Source: Octopus bimaculoides (Eukaryota). From it: 55,991 nt of DNA. The first letter of the stretch is position 1, and every line of letters begins with the position of its first letter. The notes below the pieces were generated by a model. That model did not search any database, was not told the origin of the DNA, and was given only the letters and a program-made list of their open reading frames with translations. Made by a program: the position numbers and the translations under genes. Of this stretch, positions 36,877 through 48,664 are shown piece after piece. The stretch is taken from NCBI RefSeq assembly GCF_001194135.2, contig NC_068982.1:47901436-47957426 (forward strand). Direction: 5' to 3'.

Positions 36877-38086
36877 AAAGTATATTTACCATTCCATTTT
36901 CTCAAATGAATTCCTATAAGTTTATTTCTGCTGTTTAAATTTATTGTTTAATCTTCATAAGATAAAATATCATCATCAATCACTTAGTGCCAAATGGATT
37001 AGATTATTTCACTAATGTTCACAAAAGCAAAGGTGTCCCATTGAAATGTAATTTGGTGTTTGTGACAAGAACTAATTCCATGAATGAAAAAGCAAAATCA
37101 TATTACAGAATCTATTTTGAAGAGATGGAACAGTAAGCACTCTGTCATGTGACGAGGAACAAGGTCATCCAATGAAGCTATATTTATGGTGTTTCACTTT
37201 TTTATCTCAAATTAGTGCTTATAATGGTTAAGATGGCTAACTAGCAGAGCAGTTAACATGTTGGATAAGATGCCTTGCAGCATTTATTCTAGCTTTCCTC
37301 ATAATGAGTTCAAACTCTGTGAGGGTCTTTCATTTTTGTGGGCTCAGTAAAATAAAGTACCAGCCCAGGGCAAAGGATTATCTCTTATCCTTTATCTGTT
37401 TCAGTCATTGGACTACGGCCATACTGGGGCACTACCTTCAAGGGTTTAGGTAAACAAATTGACTCTAGCACTTATTATTTTACTGATTTTATTTTGTTGA
37501 ACCACTAAGTTATGGGGATGTAAATAAACCAACATTGGTTATCAAACATGATGACACACATGCATGTAAATATATATACAAGATAAGCTTCTTTCAGCTT
37601 CTGTCTATCAAATCTACTCACAAAGCTTAGGTTGATCCAGGGCTATAGCAGAAGACATTTGCCCAGGGTGCGATGCTTTGGGACTGACCCCAAGGCCACA
37701 CTTTGGCAGAATTTTTAGTGTTAGAGGGAGGTATCTTGTGCTGTTTACTCCTGCTATTTGTACTCTAAGTCCTTGCATGGTAGATTTGATCTGTCATCTG
37801 TTTTACCTTCATTAACTAGCCCTTTGGTGCCTTTAACAGAGTTCACACTGTTATGAGTATTCAGACAAGGTCTCCTGTTTGAAGATTCATTACTTCTTTT
37901 CTCCACTCCCAGAGACCCTGAATAGGACACCTTTGCTGTTGTGAACATTAGTGAAATAATCTAATCGCTTTGGCACTAAGTGATTGATGATGCTATATTA
38001 TCTTATAAAGATTAAATATTAAATTAAAACAGCAGAGATAAACTTAAAGCAATTCATTTGAGAAAATGGAATGGTAAATATACTTT
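36877..38086. repeat. Unclassified element bounded by inverted repeats of about 166 bp (36877-37042 and 37921-38086)
   Basis: AAAGTATATTTACCATTCCATTTTCTCAAATGAATT...GCAAAGGTGTCC is mirrored on the right. SINE A and B insertions at about 37235-37700 lie in the spacer. Confidence 0.85.
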
Positions 38087-38274
38087 TTTGCTCTCCGACT
38101 AAATAATAAAACAAATTTCTTTGCAGGTGTTAAGAAGTTTGCTTCCCAACTACATGGTTCTGGGTTCAGTCCCACTACATGGTACCTTGGGCAGCTGTCT
38201 TCTACTGTAACTTCAGGCCTACCAAAGCCTTGTGAGTGGAAATTGAAAGAAACTCACTGCATATATTTATTTAT

Positions 38275-38340
<66 letters not shown>

Positions 38341-40189
38341 NNNNNNNNNNNNNNNNNNNNNNNNNNNNNNNNNNNNNNNNNNNNNNNNNNNNNNNNNNNN
38401 NNNNNNNNNNNNNNNNNNNNNNNNNNNNNNNNNNNNNNNNNNNNNNNNNNNNNNNNNNNNNNNNNNNNNNNNNNNNNNNNNNNNNNNNNNNNNNNNNNNN
38501 NNNNNNNNNNNNNNNNNNNNNNNNNNNNNNNNNNNNNNNNNNNNNNNNNNNNNNNNNNNNNNNNNNNNNNNNNNNNNNNNNNNNNNNNNNNNNNNNNNNN
38601 NNNNNNNNNNNNNNNNNNNNNNNNNNNNNNNNNNNNNNNNNNNNNNNNNNNNNNNNNNNNNNNNNNNNNNNNNNNNNNNNNNNNNNNNNNNNNNNNNNNN
38701 NNNNNNNNNNNNNNNNNNNNNNNNNNNNNNNNNNNNNNNNNNNNNNNNNNNNNNNNNNNNNNNNNNNNNNNNNNNNNNNNNNNNNNNNNNNNNNNNNNNN
38801 NNNNNNNNNNNNNNNNNNNNNNNNNNNNNNNNNNNNNNNNNNNNNNNNNNNNNNNNNNNNNNNNNNNNNNNNNNNNNNNNNNNNATATAAACAGGCTTCC
38901 TTCAGTTTCTATTTATCAAATTCACTCACAAAGCTTTGGTTGCCATGGTTCTACAGTAGAAGACATTTGTTCAAGATGTTACATAGTGGGACGGAACTTG
39001 GAACCATGTAGTTGGGAAGCAAACTTCTTACCAAACAGCCCCACCCACACCTGTAACAGCAACAACAACAACAACAACAACAAAAGCTAAAACAATTCAC
39101 AACTAGGATTCAAAAACCAAATCATAGATTGAATTTGCTCAGACGTTAACTGTTATATTACATCATTTTAAATAGATACTTTAATGTTAACCTTATACTT
39201 GACATAAACAGGACATTGACCGTCACATATCTCTCGAACAGCAAATGTAGCACAAAATGTTCTATGGTTTCTTATTTTTATAAAAGTATACATCCTTAAA
39301 CACAGATAATGTAGCGTTCACATAAGAAACAGCAGAAAGAAAGAAAATATCTACCAGTAGTTTATCAAACAGACACACATTTATAAAAGATAAAACTATG
39401 CACCAATAAAAATTTTCGAAAGTTTTTCTAAATCACTCGTTTTCATGTGGGTCGATGAGTATTTACTTAGTTCATGAAATGCTCATGTTTATCAATTTTT
39501 TTCCAAAGCACAATTTTGCCAGTAAGCATGGATATCCTTCAGCAAAGTCTATAGCTAGTCAATAATGAAATAACTGAAAGTTTGGGACTGAGTTATTGAT
39601 AGAACCAAGATAGACAAGACTGGAATATTGAGAGGAAAAACAAAAAAAAAAACAAAACAAGTAAACAAAAATTATGCAAAGATATATGATGAGAGAACAA
39701 AAATGTTTTCTGATCTTGCCAATAAAGAAAACTAACACAAAAATATCAAATGTAGAAAAAGAATATATACATAATAATAATAATACAATGTATGTTTTTT
39801 TTTCTCAATAATAATCTTTACAATATGTGTATGTGTGTGTATGTATGTATAAATGCACATATGTATGCAAATATATATATACATATATATACATAAATGG
39901 AAGCAAATGTGGGTATGTTGTGGTGTGTGTCTATATACACATGCACACATATATATGCACACATATACACATGCATATACATATATACATACATACATAT
40001 ATATATANNNNNNNNNNNNNNNNNNNNNNNNNNNNNNNNNNNNNNNNNNNNNNNNNNNNNNNNNNNNNNNNNNNNNNNNNNNNNNNNNNNNNNNNNNNNT
40101 ATATATATACACACACACACATATATATACATATATATGCATGTATATGCATGTATATATATATGTGTGCGTGTGTGTGTGCTTGTCTT

Positions 40190-40225
<36 letters not shown>

Positions 40226-40261
40226 CTGTACACCATCCTTACAATCATGCACACATGCATG

Positions 40262-40292
<31 letters not shown>

Positions 40293-40599
40293 GCAAACAT
40301 ATTTTGATTCCACTGTTGGGACTAATAGTTGCAAATATAAGGTAAAATACATTATGTTTCTAAACGCTGCTCACAAACTCCATAGCCTAAAACAATAGGT
40401 GCACATTTCATGATACACACAACAAATAATACAACACAATATGAGATAGGCATGTTTATGTAATTAAGAACGTTGCTTCCTGACCGTGTGGTTTTGAGTT
40501 CAGTCTTATTGCATGGCACTTTGGACAAGTTTCTTTTACTACTATTTCAGACTGACCAAAGCTTTGAGAGACAAGAAACCTGTCATATATATATATAGA

Positions 40600-40744
40600 T
40601 ACATACATATAAGAGGGATGACCACTAAGTGGACATCTCTTTTGCTAGAAGAAGACCACCTACAGTCTGACCACTAAGAAAAGATTGGTCTTCTTCTAGC
40701 AAAAGAGATGTCCACTTCATGGTCATCCCTCTTAAATGTATGTA
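40600..40744. repeat. Near-perfect hairpin with 59-bp arms
   Basis: AAGAGGGATGACCACTAAGTGGACATCTCTTTTGCTAGAAGAAGACCA / TGGTCTTCTTCTAGCAAAAGAGATGTCCACTTCATGGTCATCCCTCTT. Confidence 0.9.
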
Positions 40745-40859
40745 ATATAATTTTTCTGAATCTTCAGATTTTTCAATTTGCTAGACCACTGGTTTTAAAT
40801 TGATATTAATCAAATTAATATTCAATTTTTCACCCTTATTATTTAAATTTATATATATA

Positions 40860-41270
40860 GACGTAGGAGTGGCTGTGTGGTAAGTAGCTTGCTTACGAAC
40901 CACATGGTTCCGGGTTCAGTCCCACTGCGTGGCACCTTGGGCAAGTGTCTTCTACTATAGCCTCGGGCCGACCAAAGCCTTGTGAGTGGATTTGGTAGAC
41001 GGAAACTGAAAGAAGCCCGTCGTATATATGTATATATGTATGTGTATGTGTGTATATGTTGCGTATCTGTGTTTGTCCCCCCAACATCGCTTGACAACCG
41101 ATGCTGGTGTGCTTAGGTCTCCGTAACTTAGCAGTTCGGCAAAAAGAGACCGATAGAATAAGTACTAGGCTTACAAAGAATAAGTCCTGGGGTCGATTTG
41201 ATTCGACTAAAGGCGGTGCTCCAGCATGGCCGCAGTCAAATGACTGAAACAAGTAAAAGAATAAAAGAAT
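40860..41270 (+). mobile_element. Young full-length tRNA-derived SINE family B (CORE-like central motif)
   Basis: A-box-like TGGCTGTGTGG, B-box GGTTCAGTCCC, GGCACCTTGGGCAAGTGTCTT (resembles CORE GTGACCTTGGGCAAGT), internal (TA/TG)n, AAAAGA tail, CpGs retained. Possibly one of the described octopus OK/OR SINEs; exact name not assignable here. Confidence 0.92.
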
Positions 41271-42129
41271 ATATATATATATATATATATATATAGATGT
41301 ATATTAATCGAAGTGTACAGTATCATATATCCATTATGGCCGATCTTACCAATTGGTTTTGCATTAGGAGTTCAATGGTTTGTTAGGTAACATCCAATTA
41401 TGTAACCCTGCGCTCATCAGAGATGGCAGTTATAATGCACACTCACACACACACACATACACACACATGCACATATATTCACATGTGCATGCATGTAAGG
41501 TGTAGTCTTTTGACTCTTCTAAGGAGAAAGTAACTCCAAACAAGAACTGTCTCTGACTGTAACAACTCATCAAACCCATGCTAACATGGAACGTGGATGT
41601 AAAATAATGGCGGTGATGATGATGATGATGATGATGAGGGGGGAGGAGGAGGAGGAGGAGGAGGACGGCGACGATGATGAAAATGTCAATGACGGTGACA
41701 ACGACCTGAACATTGTCGTGGTGGTAATGATCATCATCATCATATATACAACAATAGTTGCGCACAACATGATATCTGCGGCAATTCCTGAAAGTATTAT
41801 ATATTATACACAACAATAACTAAGCACAATGACCAAACACATCATAATGTGTACAACAATAGCTGAACACATCATTATAATATATCAACATGATTAAATT
41901 CAACAATAACCCGTCACAGCATGATGCTTGAAATAATAACAGTTGACCACCACAACAGTGCATAAGCAATAACTGTACACAGTGATATTGTACAACACAT
42001 TACCTATTGTCTTTATACACAGAAAATGCTGAACTCTGTTACTGATATTACATTAGTGATATCAATGCTCTGCTGACATTAGAACATGTTAGCATTCTTT
42101 AGTATAACAGCATTGCAGATTATAATATT

Positions 42130-42620
42130 CATCATCATCATCATTTAATGTCCACTCTCCATGCTGGCATGAGTTAGGCCAGGGGTTCTCAAACATTTTT
42201 TATTTATGTACCTCTTGGTGGACCCCCACAGCCATTCGATGTTTAAAAACTAGTTTTATAGAAATGTCTTTTAAAATTTCTATTTTGTTTTCCACACATT
42301 AACCTGTGTAAGTAGAACTATGTAAAACATTGGAGAAAGAAACCTAAATGTTTCTTGCAATACATACCAAGACATACAACTAAAGCAAAATTTTTTTCAG
42401 GGTTCCTTCAAATTTTATTGTGGGTCCCTAATTTACTATTTTGTTACATGGAAGCCCAACAATCTTATATGGACACTCAGGGGCCATATGGATTCTGGTT
42501 GAGAACCACTGGGTTAGATGGTTTGACTGGAGTTGATAAGCCAGAAAGCTGCACCAAGTTCCAGTCTGATTTGGCTTCGTTTCTACAGCTGGATGCCCTT
42601 CCTAATGCCAGCCACTCCAC
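42130..42620 (-). mobile_element. RTE 3'-tail copy interrupted by a hAT MITE
   Basis: The tail sequence resumes at 42512 and matches uninterrupted copies. Confidence 0.85.
42180..42511. mobile_element. hAT (Charlie/Buster-type) MITE
   Basis: TIRs CAGGGGTTCTCAA / TTGAGAACCACTG. Degenerate 8-bp TSD AGTTAGGC / GGTTAGAT with central TA. Confidence 0.9.
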
Positions 42621-43075
42621 CAAAAAAGAAAATGACTATCCCAAAATATAACAATATTGTGTTTTCTTTTCTTTTTATGCAAACTGTGAAATTTAGCCCA
42701 AACACCCTGTAATATCACCTCTGACATTCATCTATAGCCACCCAAATTGGATTCTGGTAGTGTATTGTAATATCTGATTTCATCAATCAAATCATTTACA
42801 TTAATGTAGACTAAACCATCACTCACTAATACATAAAACCTGATATAAAAACTTACAGCATTTATAGCCTTCGACATCATTCCTAATAACTCCAGTAATA
42901 ACTCACTACTAACGGATATATCTATCTATATATGATTTCGTTCACGTCAGTGTGTGGTGGCTGTGCATGTGTGCCCATATGTATGTGTATATATATATCT
43001 GTCTGTCTTTCTGTCTGCTTGTCTGTCTGTCTGCCAGCCTGTCTGTCTATGTATGTATGTATGTATGTATGTATC

Positions 43076-43174
<99 letters not shown>

Positions 43175-43862
43175 TATAAATTTATCATATCTGTTGGTTT
43201 TTCCATTTTTAGGCATCACGTAATGGTTCCCTTTGATATTAGTTTTGTTTTATATCGTTATTTTTCCCCAAGAAATGGAACTGGATTTTTTAAAACTTTA
43301 TATTTTTATTTCCTATTTTTCGCTGGTTTTTTTTTTTATCCTTTTCATGGAAATCGAAATATTGAAATATTTTCCTGTTTTCCTCTCTAAAAGAATATAT
43401 TCCTCCTACCCAACTCTCTCTCTCTTTAACATTCTCCCACCCTACCCCAATTTTCTTACTATTTCTTTCATTGCTTTATTTACACTAATGTCAGACAGTA
43501 ATCATGTTTTCTTCCATAAATTGTAAAATTCTCAAAGATATGTTTTGGCAAATGGCAGCTATTTTGTGCTTTAATTAATTACAAATATATTTTCCTCCAA
43601 CTCCTCCTCCTCCTCGTCCCCATTTTTGTCATCATCATCATCATCAGACATCTGTTTTCCCTCCTGGTTTGAGAGGAGCTGGCCAGTTGAAGAGCTGCCT
43701 GGACTCCATGTCTGTTTTGTTATGGTTTTTACGGTTAGATGCCCTTCCTAACACCAACCATTTCACAGAATGTACTGGGTGCTTTTACACAGCACAGGTA
43801 CAGGTGCCTTTATGTGCCACTGGCATGGGTGCTTTTTAGAATCCTTTTTGTTTCTTTTTTCT

Positions 43863-44073
43863 GCAGGAGTAGCTGTGTGGTAAGTAGCTTGCTATAGGCG
43901 CAGGAGTGGCTATGTGGTAAGTAGCTTGCTTACCAACCACATGGTTTCGGGTTCAGTCCTACTGCATGGCACCTTGGGCGAGTGTCTTCTACTATAGCCT
44001 TGGGCTGACCAAAGCCTTGTGAGTGGATTTGGTAGACAAAAACTGAAAAAAAGCCCATCGTATATATGTGTAT
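43863..44073 (+). mobile_element. SINE family B with duplicated 5' end
   Basis: The 31-bp head occurs at 43863-43893 and again at 43900-43930. Confidence 0.85.
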
Positions 44074-45235
44074 NNNNNNNNNNNNNNNNNNNNNNNNNNN
44101 NNNNNNNNNNNNNNNNNNNNNNNNNNNNNNNNNNNNNNNNNNNNNNNNNNNNNNNNNNNNNNNNNNNNNNNNNNNNNNNNNNNNNNNNNNNNNNNNNNNN
44201 NNNNNNNNNNNNNNNNNNNNNNNNNNNNNNNNNNNNNNNNNNNNNNNNNNNNNNNNNNNNNNNNNNNNNNNNNNNNNNNNNNNNNNNNNNNNNNNNNNNN
44301 NNNNNNNNNNNNNNNNNNNNNNNNNNNNNNNNNNNNNNNNNNNNNNNNNNNNNNNNNNNNNNNNNNNNNNNNNNNNNNNNNNNNNNNNNNNNNNNNNNNN
44401 NNNNNNNNNNNNNNNNNNNNNNNNNNNNNNNNNNNNNNNNNNNNNNNNNNNNNNNNNNNNNNNNNNNNNNNNNNNNNNNNNNNNNNNNNNNNNNNNNNNN
44501 NNNNNNNNNNNNNNNNNNNNNNNNNNNNNNNNNNNNNNNNNNNNNNNNNNNNNNNNNNNNNNNNNNNNNNNNNNNNNNNNNNNNNNNNNNNNNNNNNNNN
44601 NNNNNNNNNNNNNNNNNNNNNNNNNNNNNNNNNNNNNNNNNNNNNNNNNNNNNNNNNNNNNNNNNNNNNNNNNNNNNNNNNNNNNNNNNNNNNNNNNNNN
44701 NNNNNNNNNNNNNNNNNNNNNNNNNNNNNNNNNNNNNNNNNNNNNNNNNNNNNNNNNNNNNNNNNNNNNNNNNNNNNNNNNNNNNNNNNNNNNNNNNNNN
44801 NNNNNNNNNNNNNNNNNNNNNNNNNNNNNNNNNNNNNNNNNNNNNNNNNNNNNNNNNNGAATATTTTTTCATGAAATTTTCTACAAATATACCTTGATGT
44901 ATATACATTTCAAGCATGTAGGAATTTTGAAGGAAACAACTGCAGGTTATTTTTGAGAAGTGTTCCCCACTCGGTGGTGTTTCGGAGCAAGTCGTCCATA
45001 TTTGTTTCATTTTTCTCTATTATGTGCTTATGTGCATCCTTAGATTTCTAATGAAGTAATAGGCAATAAAGAGAAGCCGTCATAAGAAAACTTTTAACTA
45101 CCTCTATTCCTTTCTCCCCCTCTCTCTACCTCTTCCTCTCTCGCTCTCTCAAACACATACACGTGCAAGTACACAATCATTCAATAAAATATAACTCATG
45201 TTTGTCAATATTTTGTAAATATACCACGATTTTCA

Positions 45236-45387
45236 CTAGGGTGTTATGGTTAGGGTTTTAGGGTCAGGGTTAGGGTTTAGGGTTATGGTTAGGGTTAGGA
45301 TTAGTGTTACGGATACGGTTTTAGGGTCAGGGTTAGGGTTTTAGGGTTAGGGTTAGTGTTAGGATTAGGTTCAGGATTAGGGTTGGG
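45236..45387 (+). repeat. Degenerate interstitial (TTAGGG)n-like array
   Basis: TTAGGG, TCAGGG, TTATGG, TTAGGA and TTTAGGG variants over about 150 bp. Confidence 0.9.
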
Positions 45388-46620
45388 TAACCGTGCGGGT
45401 GTTAATCTGAAAAATTACAGATATGTGAAAAGTACCGACCCTGCCATCTATTATAACTTTTGTTGTTCTGTTTAATATATACATAGATTATGCCTCCAAA
45501 GAAGAGAGTTTGCTGGGGAAAGACAGCAACCGGTTTAAAATGACAGCAACAGACTGCAGCAATTCACCACATTCCAGAAGCTACTTTGAACATAATGCAA
45601 NNNNNNNNNNNNNNNNNNNNNNNNNNNNNNNNNNNNNNNNNNNNNNNNNNNNNNNNNNNNNNNNNNNNNNNNNNNNNNNNNNNNNNNNNNNNNNNNNNNN
45701 NNNNNNNNNNNNNNNNNNNNNNNNNNNNNNNNNNNNNNNNNNNNNNNNNNNNNNNNNNNNNNNNNNNNNNNNNNNNNNNNNNNNNNNNNNNNNNNNNNNN
45801 NNNNNNNNNNNNNNNNNNNNNNNNNNNNNNNNNNNNNNNNNNNNNNNNNNNNNNNNNNNNNNNNNNNNNNNNNNNNNNNNNNNNNNNNNNNNNNNNNNNN
45901 NNNNNNNNNNNNNNNNNNNNNNNNNNNNNNNNNNNNNNNNNNNNNNNNNNNNNNNNNNNNNNNNNNNNNNNNNNNNNNNNNNNNNNNNNNNNNNNNNNNN
46001 NNNNNNNNNNNNNNNNNNNNNNNNNNNNNNNNNNNNNNNNNNNNNNNNNNNNNNNNNNNNNNNNNNNNNNNNNNNNNNNNNNNNNNNNNNNNNNNNNNNN
46101 NNNNNNNNNNNNNNNNNNNNNNNNNNNNNNNNNNNNNNNNNNNNNNNNNNNNNNNNNNNNNNNNNNNNNNNNNNNNNNNNNNNNNNNNNNNNNNNNNNNN
46201 NNNNNNNNNNNNNNNNNNNNNNNNNNNNNNNNNNNNNNNNNNNNNNNNNNNNNNNNNNNNNNNNNNNNNNNNNNNNNNNNNNCAGCATGGCCACACTCAA
46301 ATGACTGAAACAAGTAAAAGAGTAAAAGAGTAATTGTTGTTATTCACGACAATTTCATTGTTTTGGTTTTGTTTTCAGCAATTGTGTTGGTCATTGTTGT
46401 GATCCATTGTTGTTGTGTTGGTCAATTTAGGAATCTTCTCATGTGCTTGTCAATATTACAATCAGTTGTTACTGCATTGATCATGTTATATTACTATATT
46501 GTGGTATTGAGCAGTATTATTTTGTGTGCGTGTGTGTGTGTGTGTGTGTGTGAGTGTGTGTGTGTGAGTGTGTGTGTATGTATAAGAGACTAAAATGACA
46601 AAGGAATTAGAAATTATGTT

Positions 46621-46797
46621 AGCTGTTTCTGCTTTAAGATGCAATGCACTCATAGGTGAATGCTTGTGCATCAACCTATAGCTTCATCAGAGCTTCAAAA
46701 ATAAATGGTACTTCATTTTTGAAGCTCTGATGAAGCTATAGGGTGATACACAAGCATTTTACTATGAGTGCATTGTGTCTATGTTGCAGAAACAGCT
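46621..46797. mobile_element. Foldback MITE-like palindrome (arms about 80 bp, 12-nt loop)
   Basis: AGCTGTTTCTGC...CTATAGCTTCATCAGAGCTTCAAAAAT / ATTTTTGAAGCTCTGATGAAGCTATAG...GCAGAAACAGCT. Confidence 0.85.
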
Positions 46798-47617
46798 GAA
46801 AGCTAATGAAGTTTATGACATAATTTCTTATTTCTTTGTCACTTTAATAAACTATGCCAAAGCTGACACTTGGGCTTGGCACCATCCTTTGGTTTGCTGG
46901 ATTCGCTCAAACCAGCCAACTCATGCCAGCATGGAAAATGGACTTTAAATCATGATGATGATGATGATGATGACGAATACGACGACAACAATGATAATGA
47001 TGATGTTGCTGCTGATGATGATGTGTGTGCACACATGTGTGTGTGTATGCATTCCTTTGTGTTCAGCTATCACTGTCTATACAATATTGTATTCAGTTAT
47101 TGTTTCAGTAAACCTTTTGTGCTCATTTAAAGTTTTATTGGTCAAGTTATGTCCATCAATTATTGCATTAATCAAACTTTTCAGCCTTGATCAGAATGTG
47201 CTTATCTGTTGTTCTGTTCAAATAGTGTCTTGTTGATTATGTTGTATTTGTCTGTCGTTATTTTGATGTTTTAGTGTTTAACCATTGTTTTCTTGATGAT
47301 ATTGTGTTTAGCAATTGTTGCAATCGTTCATCATATTATATTCAGCTACTTTTGAACTCATCTAATTATCATATTTAGTTATGACTGTCCTCAGTTGCAC
47401 TTATGTGAAACAAGATACGTTGTTATGTTCAGCAAGTTGAGTTGCTATTTCTCTGCAATTCTCTCATTAGGTTTCCCAATGTTAATCAGTTGAATAATTT
47501 ATGGAGTAACTCTCAGAACACTGGAAATTGGTTTTAAAATCTCCTTACACTGAGGTTGAAGAAACTGACAGCAATAAATACAGTTATAAGGAAAATAGTA
47601 AAACCTTTCTATACATA

Positions 47618-48030
47618 GGCACAGGCATGGCTGTGTAGTAAGAAGTTTGCTCCCCTACCACGTGGTTCTGGGTTCAGTCCCACTCTGTGGCACCTTGGGC
47701 AAGTGTCTTCTACTATAGCCTCAGGCTGACCAAAGCCTTGGGAGTGGATCTGGTAGATGGAAACTGAAAGAAGCCCGTCATATAAATGTATATGTATTTA
47801 TGCATGTGTGTCTTTGTGTCTGTGTTTGTCCCCCCACCATCACTTGACAACCGATGTTGGTGTGTTTATGTCCCCGTCACTTAGTGGTTCAGCAAAAGAG
47901 GCTGATAGTATAAGTACTAGGCTTACAAAGAATAAGTACTGGGGTCAATTTCTTCAGCTAAAACCCTTCAATGTGGTGCTCCAGCATGACTGTAGTCAAA
48001 TGACTGAAACATGTAAAAGAGTAAAAAGAA
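47618..48030 (+). mobile_element. Full-length SINE family B
   Basis: Colinear with 40860-41270. Confidence 0.92.
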
Positions 48031-48664
48031 CAGCCTGGTTGTCTCCCCCCACCCATAATTATCATATAAAATTATCATAATGATTTTAAAAACATCGTGC
48101 ATTCAATAATTTTTGTTTTACTTGGTGGGTCTGGTGGAAGGGCCAGTGCTTGTGATCTTCTCAGCCCCTTGATGATGAATTTCATTTTACATTTAGTCAA
48201 AAGGAAGGACAAACCTCAAGGCCACTGAAGCTGTTGGGTGAGAGGAAAGAAGATACCCTCAGATTGCAAACCTGCCTTGAATGATTGCTATCAAATGAGA
48301 TCTGCTAAAGCTACCAAGGTTAGGTGGCGAGTAGCTGTATTAAACTGGACAACAAAATATTTTTCAGTTTATGCTCCAAGTAGACCACAGTGGGAGTCAG
48401 ATTTTGGAATATAAAGAATTCAATAAATATTGCAAAGCTTCTTGTCTGATACTCTAAAGATTCCAAGAATCTACTACTCTATACTGGTGTTTTGTTTATT
48501 AACCTAAAAAGGATGAATGGCAAAGTCGACCTTGGCAGGAACTGAATTCAGATTACAGGAAGCAAGAATAAATATATGATATTTTGTCTGATTCTTTAAT
48601 GCGTCTGCTAATTCACCACTTATATTCTTTCTTGTAATACATATTCATCCAATATTTATTTACC

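Noticed and set aside
37807-37935. Phase 1-1 minus-strand candidate exon
   Set aside because: Its acceptor lies within one arm of the 166-bp inverted repeat and the peptide is low-information. Kept only as part of that finding.
45236-45387. True telomere or chromosome end
   Set aside because: The array is short, degenerate and flanked by ordinary sequence on both sides.
302-46313. Long ORFs of 100-395 aa filled with X
   Set aside because: They run through N-gaps. Only the RTE-derived parts at 319-706 and 14334-14660 are real coding remnants.
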